A stretch of 64,000 bases of DNA from Octopus vulgaris (taxonomy: Eukaryota): contig OX597817.1 in the NCBI GenBank assembly GCA_951406725.2, positions 33,914,001 to 33,978,000 on the forward strand. The letters run 5' to 3'. This document shows, in pieces, positions 36,405 through 48,261 of this stretch. A model generated the notes under the pieces. It searched no databases. It worked only from the letters and a program-made list of their open reading frames with translations, and was not told where the DNA came from. The number at the start of each line of letters is the position of its first letter. The stretch's first letter is position 1. The position numbers and the translations under genes were made by a program.

Positions 36405-38140
36405 TAATAATAATAATAATAATGAAATTATTGTATACAGTGCTCAGGTGCACCACAACTTGTCAGAAAGTGCATATAAAGTACATGCAGTAATGTAAAA
36501 ATGTCTGGAAAGCGAACAATGTATGAGTCAGATACATGCTTGTGTGTGTATGGAGGGGAGAAAATCAGGTGTAGTGTTAGCGAATCTCAAGAAGCATGGA
36601 AGTTTTGAAGGATGCAGTGCTCCGACAACTAACAACTGATGCCGGCAGTTTGTTCCATGCTTCAGCAACTCTCAGCGTGAAAAAATGTTTCCTAAAGTCA
36701 TGGGAGCTTTGCTGTTTTCTGACTTTGTAAATATGTCCACGGGTGTTAGATGGGTGGAGTTTGAAAAGGTGCTCAGAGTTATTGTTTGTACGATGGTTGA
36801 TAATTTTATGGGTGTCTGCCAAGTCAGCTGCCAGACGTCGGAGTTTCAATGTGTCCATGCCCAGAGAAGTAAGGCGTTCAGGATATGGCAGATGCCTGAA
36901 AGAGGGTATTCTTTTGGTTGCACGTCACTGAACGGCTTCCAGACGACTGATATCCTGGGCAAGATAGGGGCTCCAGACCGGTGATGCAAATTCCAGGTGA
37001 GGTCTTACCATAGCTATATAAAGCCGCAGATAGATAGCCGGAGAACGGCTCACAAAGGATTTGGTGAGTGATGCCAAGACACCCTCAGCCTTCTTGACAA
37101 TTTTAGCGATGTGTTTTGTCCAACACAAATCACTGTCGACAAATAAAGAGGTCAAGGACAGCAGTTTATATCTGGATTTCAGATGATGATATACAGGGGA
37201 TGGCTGATTGTTCTTAGTTAGTTTCCCAAGATTTTTGTATTGCCAGTTGTTGTTGTGGGTGCAGTCTGCTCAGTCCAACTGGCATCCCTTATCCATGACT
37301 CACCAGACTTGACAAATTTCCAGATTTGCCCATCATCGCGGAGGCTAAAACTCTCCCGTGGCACAGAGTTGTGATTTAGGGAAGCTACAGATCTTAGCTT
37401 TGGGCGTACATCGGGTGGAAGGCCAGGACGTGTTCTAAAGTTGATAATGTTGTCACGCTGAGCTCTACCAGCAGCCAGATGGAATGTCCGTGCCTCAGTA
37501 AAGCCCGTAAACAACAGCCTGATTAGCCTGGGTTTGGATCCCAGTCGGCCAAGGCGGAAAGCACTTTTTGGAGGGACACAGCTGAGATCCCTAGCTGTGT
37601 TTCCAATGAATGCCTGCAGATCTACCACATCTTCCGGCACTCCGATGGCTATTAATTCATGAGTGGTTGGTTCAGCAACTCCCTCGATGCATTGAGGTTC
37701 TGTACGAGCTACAGGTAAGTTGCTGAGCAGGGCATTCCAATATGACCCTTCGCTGTGAGTTTTCGGACAGACACTGGTTCTGAGTCCTGCTACTTCACAA
37801 CTCAAAGCAGAAATCATTCATCTAATTTCTGCAACTTCTGTGCTGATGGTCGATTTCTGCTTTAGTTGGGAAGCATCAGGAGAGGAGGGCATGGCTGGTT
37901 TTTGTTCCTGCTGATGTACTTCAGCTGGAATGATCAATTTTTGTTGTCGAAGAGCAATAGGGGAGGAAGACACAGGGGGTTTAAGTTTCTGTTTTTGTTG
38001 TTCTTCAACATGAATGGCCGATTTTTGTTGCTGCTGTTGAAGAGTGACAGGGGAGGAAGACACGGGCGGCTTCAGTTTTTGCTGTTGTTCTTTATCAACA
38101 GGACTGGTTTTGGGAGACAAAGTAGTTCTTATCTCAACGT
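36405..38140 (-). mobile_element. CR1-clade LINE deletion derivative: ORF1 joined to the ORF2 C-terminus, (ATT)n tail
   Basis: ORF1 at 38120-37218 (one in-frame TGA; LIAIGVPE...AFRLG...PRLIRL). ORF2 end at 37155-36577: LYIAMVRPHLEFASPVWSPY...LEAVQ*RATK...LRRL...TRGH...FFTLRV..AWN.LP. Confidence 0.9.
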
Positions 38141-38414
38141 AAAATTAACAAAGCGAACATTATTTATCTCTCCCCCTTGATCTCTGATATCATCTGACAA
38201 ATGCCAACCAAGATGGCATGAATCAACCAAGCTTTACCAGCTAGAAATAGCAATCCAAATGCTTTTAAATTATATCCCAATGCTGGATGTTCAAGAACTA
38301 AATGAAGGGCAGACTTTCAGTCCTAGGATCATCCTGATTCCAAAAAAGTATAATATATCTCTGTAGAGCAAATGTGGACTGAGATACAAGGGTCCCAGAC
38401 AGACAGAATTTCAC

Positions 38415-38416
<2 letters not shown>

Positions 38417-38469
<53 letters not shown>

Positions 38470-38515
38470 ATTATTATTATCATTATTATTATTATTATTA
38501 TATATATATATATAA
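38417..38515. repeat. (TAT)n/(TA)n microsatellite
   Basis: Visible directly. Confidence 0.95.
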
Positions 38516-38889
38516 TACAAAATAAGAATTTGTATTTATTTGTATTCACTTATACATACTGTACTTATTGTATCATATTACTCTTTCATGTACATTGTTT
38601 TGTTCTATATTATTATGTTTGACCTTAATGTTCATATGTACTGGTTTAATAAATTATGTGATTGGGTATTATCTGGTAGTTGATCATTGATTAAGATGTG
38701 TTTCTCCATTTTCTTATTTTGTATTATTAATTATGGTAAAACATTTTACCTTTACCCATGTAATACAGTAAATGAATTAATTGCATCGCAATTCTTAACA
38801 TTTATGTATTAACTTTGTTGGGTACTTCACTAGCAGTATATTGGATATATGTTATCCCATGGAGGGTTGCACTTACCACCCCTATCTCA

Positions 38890-38927
<38 letters not shown>

Positions 38928-40049
38928 CTTATATCCATTTAAAAGAAAAAAAGGAAATGGAGATAAGGAGGTTAAAAATTGTTTATTATTAACAAATTGG
39001 TTAATAATTCTTACAGCCGTATCAATTAATACTCAATAATTTAATTACAAATTTGTACATTAAATTTATATTTATGTGACATGAGTATAATTTCATCACA
39101 GAAAAAAAAGTTGAACCTTTGGATGTTGTATGTGGACCTATCAATTCATTTCAGCAGATTCAATTATTAACCTCCTTATCTCAATTAGAGATATGTATTA
39201 GGTGCTTTTATGTAGCATTGGTTCAGGTGCTTTTACATGGCACCAGCATGAATGCTTTTTTATGCACCCACAAGCCTGCAAGATTAGGATTGCTCAGCTG
39301 AAGAGCGATGTAAGTGACATGTCTATATGCAAGGAGAACCGTGATTTCACTTAGCTTGACATGCTTTTCTCAAGCAGAGCAAACCACCAGAAGTCTGGTG
39401 CTCATTATCATCATTTCGTTTAACATCTGCTTTCCATGCTAGCATGGGTTGGACGATTTGACTGAGGACTGGCGAACCAGATGGCTGCACCAGGCTCCAA
39501 TCTTGTTCTGAAACAGTTTCTACAGCTGGATGCCCTTCCTAATGCCAACCACTCCGAGAGTGTAGTGGGTGCTTTTACGTGCCACCGGCACAGGGGCCAG
39601 TCAGGCGGTACTGGCAACGACCTCACTCGGTAGGTACAAATATAAGATATAAACATACAATGTCTGGAAGGACAATGGCGGATATGAAACATGTCCAGAC
39701 TACCTCATACAATAAACTCTGTATTTTGGAATTTGCAATGTGGCTTTCCAATATATCTGGATCATTGAATGTACAATATAGATCTGCTCACTGATGGCTG
39801 ATCGAAATTATACAACAGTAATAACATCAGCAACAACAACAGAGTGATCATCTCAGACTGAATATTGATTTTATTCTAAATTTATTTTTTACTTTCTTTT
39901 ACTATTTTGTATTCATTTCACCCCCCTTCCCCATGTTTTTAAGGGTGGGATAGTTTTTGTTGGAATATAGTTTTTACAGCTGAATGCTCTTGCTACTATG
40001 AACCACTTATCCATGAAGAAGTATGTGCACCCCCACCCAACCACCATAG

Positions 40050-40065
40050 AAATATATATACATAT

Positions 40066-40096
<31 letters not shown>

Positions 40097-40288
40097 CACA
40101 CATACATACATACATACATATATATACACACATACACATATACATATATGTATGCACTCACACACACTCACAAACGCAAATGTGTGTGTATATATATACA
40201 TACACACATATATACACACATGCATACAGACACATATACACATGTAAATATATATATATATATATACATATGTATATATATATATACA

Positions 40289-40363
<75 letters not shown>

Positions 40364-40464
40364 TATATATATACATATATATATATGTATGTATGTATGT
40401 ATATTTGGATATAAGTGTATGCACATGTGATTACAGATACACACAGGAACATGAATGCACTCAT

Positions 40465-40504
<40 letters not shown>

Positions 40505-40520
40505 CCATAAATATACATAA
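40050..40520. repeat. Compound (TACA)n/(TA)n/(CA)n microsatellite tract
   Basis: Visible directly; explains the Y/I/H/T-rich ORFs here. Confidence 0.95.
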
Positions 40521-40987
40521 ATATTAACGTGTATTTTTATGTAGACTATTTATTTATTTTATGTCCCGATGAAATAATTAGTGTTTTGCATAAAATGTCT
40601 GGATTTTCAGTTTGACTATTTGTAAGCAGCAATATCCATCAATGTATCAATGACCTGTTGACTCCAGATCATATATTCTAGATATAAGGTAAGATATGAA
40701 ATATAATAATAGTAATAATAGTAATAATAATAATAATCTTTTCTACTGGAGGCATAAGATCTCAGATTTGTAGGGTGGAGACTAGTCAATTATATGGACC
40801 CTAGTGTTTCACTGGTACTTAATTTATCAACCCTGAAAGAATAAAAAGCCAAGATGACCTCGACGGAATGTAAACTCAGAATGTAGTGACGGCTGAAATA
40901 CTGCTAAGCATTGTTACCAGCATGCTAACGATTCTGCCTGCTCGCCACCTTAGTAACAACAACAACAGCAATAGCAGCAGCTGCAGT

Positions 40988-41345
40988 GGAGGCACAATGG
41001 CCCAATGGTTAGGGCAGCGGACTCGCGGTCGGAGGATCACGGTTTCGATTCCCAGACCGGGTGTTGTGTGTGCTTATTGTGCGAAAACTCCTAAAGCTCC
41101 ACGAGGCTCCGGTAGGGGGTGGTGGTGACCCCTGTTGTACTCTTTCGCTCCAACTTTTTCTCACTCTTTCTTCCAGTTTCTTGTCCCCGACTTCCTACGC
41201 AACCGCTGAGCCTAGATGTGCATTGATCCATCCGTCGATGCTCTCGGTGTCGGGGGTTGACCTGCTTTCTCTTCTGCGGGTCTTATGAATAGCAAAGGAC
41301 CACATTTCAGACTTCTCCTACTAATGGGACGAAGACCGCTTCGCT
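40988..41345 (+). mobile_element. tRNA-derived V-domain-like SINE family; other copies at ~49661-49935(+), 51390-51683(-), 52762-53055(-), 61589-61842(+)
   Basis: tRNA-like head ggaggcacaatggccca-tggttagggcagcggactc...ggtttcgattccc. Other copies carry gatggactggcgtcccgtccag (V-SINE-like). Confidence 0.75.
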
Positions 41346-41399
41346 CAACAAACAAAGCAGCTGCAGCAACAACAAAAACAACAACATCAACAACAATGA

Positions 41400-41615
41400 T
41401 AATGTAGACAAATGGCTGAAGGAGATTAAGATAGAATGCCTGGTCGAGTTCCTAGAGAAGGTTTGTCTCTTAGGGACAGCAAGGATTATCAGGAGGGTTC
41501 TAAGCACTTGAAAATCTGCTGAAAACTTGTGGATTACTAAGGTTACAGGTAGTAACCTGCTACCCACATAATTCTTACCAGGAATAAGACCAAACCTGAG
41601 CCAAACCAAAATAAT
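41400..41615 (+). mobile_element. R4/Dong-type (RLE) non-LTR element C-terminal fragment
   Basis: DKWLKEIKIECLVEFLEKVCLLGTARIIRRVLST*, flanked by AAC/AAT repeats. Confidence 0.75.
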
Positions 41616-42589
41616 ATTAATGGTTTCAAAGTTTGGCACAAGGCCAGTGGAATGAACTAAGTCGACTGGTACTGGTACTTATTTTATCAACCCTGAAAGG
41701 ATGAAAAGCAAAGTTGACCCTCGCCGAATTTGAACTCACAACATAAGGATGGACAAAATGCTGCTAAACATCTTGCCTGGCATACTAACGATTCCACCAG
41801 CTCACCACCTTAATAATAATAAAAATAATAGTAATTTTGGCAAAAAGCCAGCAGTTTTTGGGAAAGAAATAAATCAATTACATCAACCCCAGTGACGCTT
41901 ATTTTATTGATCTTGAAAGAATGAAATGCAAAGTTGACGTCAGTGGAAATTGAACTCAAAGCATAAAGACAGGCTTAGCATTTTGCCCTGTACAGTAACA
42001 ATTATATCAGCTTAATAATAATAATAATCACCATCATCATTCACTGTCCGTTTTCCATATTGGCATGGGTAGGTCAGTTTGACAGGAACTGGCAAGTCAG
42101 AAGGATGCACCAACCTCTGCTGTCTCTTTTGGCATGGTTTCTATGACTGGATGCCAACCACTTTACAAAATTTATAGGGTGCTGCTTTCTTGGCACCAGT
42201 AGCGTAAGATCACCAAGTAACTTGCAGAACAGGACTTTTCAACTGGGGCGGGGAAGTAGAGTTGAGGGACAGAGAGGTGTTGTGCATTAGACGAAAGACA
42301 TGGTTTCCTCAGATGGAGAGAGAGAGAGAGAAGAGAAAGATGGTGAATAGGTGACAGAGAGGGGGCAGGAATCATGCACCCAAGTTACAGGGTGATGTAT
42401 ATTGGCTAGTGGATGAGAGATTAAGTAGGTGGTGGGTTCTCAAGATTTCAAAAGAGCAGGAGCTAGAATTGGAGGGAAGGGAATGGATTCAACAGGGGCA
42501 TACTGCATGCAGGTAGGTGGATATGTGAGGGAGAAAGGAGTGAAGGGGGAAATAGTGGTGGTGAGCATGGGTGGGCTGCGGATTTTACT

Positions 42590-43540
42590 TTGTTGGACAG
42601 ATCTTCTCAAGCACAGCAGACTGCCAGTTGCTTCAGTCCTTTGTTGTCTTCTCTGTGAGGCTCAACATCTGAAGATCATTTTTCACTACTTCATCCCATG
42701 TCTTCCTAGGTCTTCCTCTTCCACAGGTTCCTTCCACATTTAGAGATCAACACTTTTTTATGCATCTGTCCTCATCCATATGCTTCACATGGCCATACCA
42801 ACACAGTCTTCTCTCTTGCAAACTATGATTAATGCCTCATCATCATCATCATTGTTCGACCGTGGTCGAGACAATGGAATTTACCATGCTACGCCAGACT
42901 TCACGGTCCATCATAGCATTACGGACGTCCTGTTGCTGGATGCCTGTATCCCTGGAGATTACATCAGGGTAGGAGAGTGTGCGCCCTCTGGTGTTTCGTG
43001 TAGATGGCTTCCAGAGGAGAAGAGTAGAAATTGCCTCGTTTTCAGCTCTACAACAATGTCCAGCAAACTGGACTCTCCTACCTTTCACAAGAGATGACAC
43101 AGGTGGTAGTTTCCCATATATTTGCATTTTGGTTGGATGATGCTTCCACGAGAGATTTTGAGCTCTCATAATTAATGCCTATTATATACCCAATGTTTCT
43201 CTCAAGACATTTACACTCTGTCATACATGCACATTAACATTGTACATCCAGTAGAGCATGCTAGCTTCATTTTTCTCAAGCTTTTGTATGTCCTTTGCAG
43301 TCACAGCTTATGTTGCACTGCCATGTAGCATAGCTGGCCATACACAGGCATCATACAGTCTGCCTTTTACTCTGAGGGAGAGGCCCTTTCTTACCAACAA
43401 AGGTAATTGCTCTCTGAACTTAACCCAGCCAGTCATTCTGCTAGCAGCTGTGCTTTGAGAGCAACCTCCACAGTTGCTAATTTGGTCACCTAGAGTAATG
43501 AAAATTATCTGCTACTTCCAAGGATCCCCCTGGACAGTTG
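42590..43540 (-). mobile_element. RTE LINE remnant containing a nested, younger RTE-like 3' fragment (42838-43170)
   Basis: Host has KGLSLRVKGRL and YSR*PN remnants. Insert reads ...RRVQFAGHC.R...AMMDREVWR with a (GAT)n tail and TSD attaatgcct (42828-37, 43171-80). Confidence 0.8.
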
Positions 43541-43571
43541 AGGAAATTTATTTTCTGTGCCTTCTTTGTGT

Positions 43572-43612
<41 letters not shown>

Positions 43613-43619
43613 TAATAAT

Positions 43620-44085
43620 AACAATAAACATGCCTCCTATTGATATGACTGTCCCAATCGATATAAACATATCTGTGAAGACCTACCAAAAACTGAGCAA
43701 ATATATGGATCTTGAAATAGAAATCAGCAAAATGTGGAAGCTGAAGACTTGTTGTCATAGGAGCTCTGGGAATGATAGCAAAAGGGGCTGATTGCTACCT
43801 AACTCAGATACCAGGAAACCCCAAAATGGCAGAAATTCAAAAGATAATGCTCATGGGAACTGCTCATATCCTAAGCAAAATACTTTCTTTGTAATCTCAA
43901 GTTTTAAAACAAACATAATTTTCTTATGGTTTCTTAAACATTCTCTAGAACAACACTATGTACAAAACCAAATATATGGCACCCTAGGCATAATACCAAC
44001 ATGAACTTCCAACTTGTCTCTTGAGGTCTCTGGGTGAGACTTGGAGCCAACTTGTACAAATGTAAAGCAAAAGTCAAACATAGAA
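43620..44085 (+). mobile_element. R4/Dong-type RLE endonuclease fragment with 3' UTR, inside an (AAT)n microsatellite
   Basis: TCLLIDMTVPID...KLSKYMDLEIEISKMW...VIGALG...IQKIMLMGTAHIL, with (aat)n on both sides. Confidence 0.82.
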
Positions 44086-44209
44086 TAATAATGATAACAA
44101 TAACAACACCAACACCAGCAACAATGACGACGACGACAATAATAGTAGTAATGGTTATGGCAGCGTTGGTAGCGGCAGCAGCGGTGGTGGCGGTGGTGGT
44201 GGTGGTGGA

Positions 44210-44442
44210 CAACACATCAGAAAGTGATAAGTGCAGAATTTGTGGACACAATGGTGAAACTGTATGGCATATTACTAGTCAATGTACGCTACTAGCCCAG
44301 AAAAAATATAAGAGACGTTATGAAAATATAGCAAGGATTGTCCATTGGACACTTTGCAACAAGTATGGACTTGACAGAGCAAAAAATTGGTACGAGCATA
44401 AACCAGAAGTCATCATCAAAAATGATAATGCAAAGATCCTAT
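44210..44442 (+). mobile_element. R4/Dong-type CCHC zinc-knuckle fragment
   Basis: KCRICGHNGETVWHITSQC...YKRR...A..VHW.LC.KYG....WYEHKPE. Confidence 0.82.
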
Positions 44443-44684
44443 GTGTGTGTGTGTGTTTACATATATATATATACTTATTTAATTATATATGTGTATGTAT
44501 TATATGTATTATATACATATGTGTATGTGTGTGTAGACATGTATGTTTGTATGTTATGTATAGATAATAGAGACAGACAGAGACAGATAAATAGATAGAT
44601 AGGCGAACAGGCAAACAAACAGACGGATAGACAGATGGACAGACAGACAAACAGACAGAGAAAGAGATAGATAGATATGTACTA

Positions 44685-44880
44685 CCATGCATTTTGGGAG
44701 GAAAAACCCAGCATCTACTTACTCTCTCCACAACACTAATCTCAAAAAGTCTTCTTGTGAATGTGACCTGGGCATTATTGTCAACAGCGATTTGCATTGG
44801 ACAAAACACATTGCTAAAATTGCCAAGAAGGCTGAGGGTGTCTTGGCATCACTTACCAAGTCCTTTGTGAACCGCTCTCA
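44685..44880 (+). mobile_element. CR1 ORF2 fragment
   Basis: DLGIIVNSDLHWTKHIAKIAKKAEGVLASLTKSF; near-identical to the element at ~37040-37140. Confidence 0.85.
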
Positions 44881-47638
44881 TAAATTATATTGTATAAGTT
44901 TGAAGGTTTTCTAGAAGAAACATATAGTAATGACCAGGAGTCAAAAGGATCATCAGACACAATACATCATTTGAATTCCATTAAATTGCTAACTTCATTT
45001 GAATTCCATAAAATTGCCAACTTCAAGAGTGGTCAGATCTTTCCTTGTGCATTTACAACATAGGGCAAGAAAGTTAAAATCAGCGATGGTATGTTGGGGG
45101 AGTGGGGTTCTTCTGAATGAATATACTAGTTTGACAACCATCAAAGTGCAAAGTGCTCCTCATGAACACAAGTTTGTGAGATAGTTGTGATCTGTAAATA
45201 GTTTTGAGTAGGAACTAGAAAGAGAAGTGTGAACATACAATGCATATATGCACACAGGATTTGTAAAATGGAGAAGAATAAAATGCCACGTGCATCATCA
45301 TCATCATCATCGTTTAACGTCCGTTTTCTATGCTAGCATGGGTTGGACGGTTCGACCGGGATCTTGGAAGCCAGGAGGCTGCACCAGGCTCAAGTCTGAT
45401 CTAGCAGTGTTTCTACAACTGGATGCCCTTCCTAACGTGAACCACTCCGTGAGTGTAGTGGGTGCTTTTTACATGCCACCGGCACAGGTGCCAGGGGAGG
45501 CTGGCAACGGCCATGATTGGTTGGGGACTTTTACGTACCACTGGCGCGGAAGCCAGTCAAGGTGGCGCTGGCATTGACCACATACGGATGGTGCTTTTTA
45601 CGTGCCACTGGCATGTCAAAATAAAATGGAATAGAAGAATAAAACAAGTTAAATGATGGCCTGCATTCTACACTTGGTACCATTACCATAAAGCTTTACT
45701 GCAATTTTCTTGTTTTTCTAATAAATCCTCTATATACTGATAGTTAGAAGAGGAAATTATATTATTTGACTGAATATACTGTTTTAAACTCTATTCCAGT
45801 TAATATGAGTATTCAGGAATCAAGTAGATAAGAGCACTCACATATATTATGTGAGCTGGTGAAATTGGAAGGTTTTATTATAAATATTACTGTTTCACTG
45901 CTGGGCTTAGTTTCTATAAGATGAAAATATCATAATGGTTTACTTGCATGTCTTAATCAAAATTGGAGATCTTCAGAAGGATTTAATTCATCTGCTGACT
46001 TCATATATCTTATTTGGCAGTGTTGTTGTTGGAGAATGGAAACCAAAATCTTGTGCAATTAGTATCACTTAAATGAAAAGGAAGACAATTTTAAGAAATT
46101 GAGAATTAACTTCACAAAATTAATTCACAGGCTTATTTGTCTGGGTGATGTAAGCTTACAAATCTTAACATGGCAAAAGAAATCTGTAATTACCACATAA
46201 AACAATCTAACTGAATATCATTGTTGCATAGACACAACTCTTTTACTTGTTTCAGTCATTTGACTGTGGCCATGCTGGAGTACCACCTTTAGTCGACCAA
46301 ATCAACCCCAGGACCTATTCTTTGTAAGCCTAGTACTTATTCTATCAGTTTCTTTTGCCAAACCACTAAATCACACACCTAGAGCAGCTCACAGCGCCAC
46401 CTACCTAAACTGTTTTCTTATCACCAGACAAAAAGCATGACCTTTCTCTTAATGGCATGTCATCTTTGAAAAATTCTTGAAGCTTAAGATTATTCCCTCT
46501 TTTGAAGTGGAATAGGTCTTGATTACCATTTAGAAATTATGATATATCCTCAAGAGGTGGTGGTAGTTTTAATAAATCAGGAATTTGTGTTCTTTGGTAT
46601 CTGATACACTTGTATTTATTTATGTTGTTCCAATACTTGCCATTGGTCACTGAGTTTTTTTCTCTAATCTCATTTTTGTTCACACACACACACACACACA
46701 CACAGATGTATGTATTCTTTTATTCTTTTATATGTTTCAGTCCAATGACTGTGGCCATGCTGGAGCACCACCATTGTAATCATCTTTCCACTTTCCATCT
46801 TTGTCGGAGCAGATTTTGGTGAAATATGGGGTTCAATGCTACTGCCCTCTTTTGAGTTTCTTGCTTAGATTTTGGCTCATCCGGGATCTTAACAATTGTA
46901 TGTATGTATGTGTATATAAATATTTGTATACATGCATCTGCATGTGTGTATATAATTACATAGATGCACCCATATTGTTTGCATACTACTACTCATGTTT
47001 TTAAGATACAAGACACAAATGGCAAAAGGTAAGATATTGAGATTTTGCCAAATCTTCAGTGACTGCACCAAAATTGAAGAATTAAGTAAACCTATGCATT
47101 TGCTATTGTCTGATAACAATCAATATCGCAAAGTAAGATCCGTAATCAATAGCATGGGGGTGAAGGAAGGGGAGGGGGTATGTGCTTATTTTAGATTTTG
47201 GCAAGCACATTTGTGTATAAAGATATTTATGAAAAAAGAAATGATAAATATTAATAACATATTTATAATGATTTCTTACATAGGAAGAAGGGAAAGTAAT
47301 TAAATCAAATCCCAAATTTGACTGATACACCATTAGATTGACCCCCACGAAGAATCAAAAGTAAACATGATGGCCAATGGATTTGCCCTAAGAATATAAA
47401 TCTTTTATCTTGTACTTGTTACAGTCATTGGATTACAGCCATACTGGGCACCGCGTTGAAGGTTTAGTTGAACAAAGCAACCTCAGTACTTATTTTTTAA
47501 GTCTGGTGAGGGGACAAGCATAAAGACATACATACACAGATACATGCATATATTGGGATCTTAAATCCTGAAATCCTTAAAAATGTTTTAGCCCGAAGGC
47601 CGCGGCCATGCTGGGGCACCACCGCTGGAAACAAGTGA

Positions 47639-47747
47639 ATGCTTACAGCACCTAGGTTTCCCAAGCAATCACCCATCTAAGTACTAACTAGGCTCGATGT
47701 TGCTTAACCTCTGTGATCAGACAAGAACCGGTGCTTTCAACGTGATG
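47639..47747 (-). pseudogene. 5S rRNA-derived sequence (near full length, 5' ~10 nt missing), head of a SINE3-like retroposon spanning ~47570-47750
   Basis: Minus strand CATCACGTTGAAAGCACCGGTTCTTGTCTGATCACAGAGGTTAAGCAACATCGAGCCTAGTTAGTACTTAGATGGGTGATTGCTTGGGAAACCTAGGTGCTGTAAGC matches metazoan 5S (box A, IE, box C). No oligo-T terminator directly after it. Confidence 0.9.
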
Positions 47748-48225
47748 AGGAGAGAATACAAATCCTTAATTTATATGATATGAATTATCATGATATCCAG
47801 GACTTTAAAACTCTGCAAGACCTTACTCTTTTACTCTTTTACTTGTTTCAGTCATTTGACTGTGGCCATGCTGGAGCACTGCCTTTAGTCAAGCAAATCG
47901 ACCCCAGGACTTATTCTTTGTAAGCCTAGTACTTATTCTATCGGCCTCTTTTCCCAAACCGCTAAGTTACGGGGACGTAAACACACCAGCATCGGTTGTC
48001 AAGCGATGTTGGGGAGACAAACACAGACACACAAACACACACACTGAATGAACCTTCTCTAACCATGCACCTATAGTTTGGAAAGTAACAGTTGAGTGAG
48101 GGCTAGTGCCTTTGGTGTAGGATGATCCTGGATCTGTGAGGTTAGGTTTCTTCATTGGCCCCAGTTAGAGGTTCTCCTGTACCAGGGAGTCTGCATAATA
48201 GATGAGTTCACATATTTTGTACACT

Positions 48226-48261
<36 letters not shown>

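Noticed and set aside
39913-40527. Multiple overlapping Y/I/C/V/H-rich ORFs (likewise 51590-52249, 60259-61048, 38298-38549)
   Set aside because: Translations of di-, tri- and tetranucleotide microsatellites.
40611-40688. Plus-strand exon-like segment (tttcAG ... AAG|GTAAGA)
   Set aside because: Stops in all three frames and no partner exons. At most a non-coding exon, unsupported without RNA data.
40988-41060. tRNA genes at SINE heads (also 7650, 49661, 61589)
   Set aside because: A/B boxes are present but there is no complete cloverleaf, and each continues into a SINE body.
47639-47747. Functional 5S rRNA gene
   Set aside because: Single dispersed copy, 5' end missing, several substitutions, no immediate oligo-T terminator, and fused to a retroposon tail.
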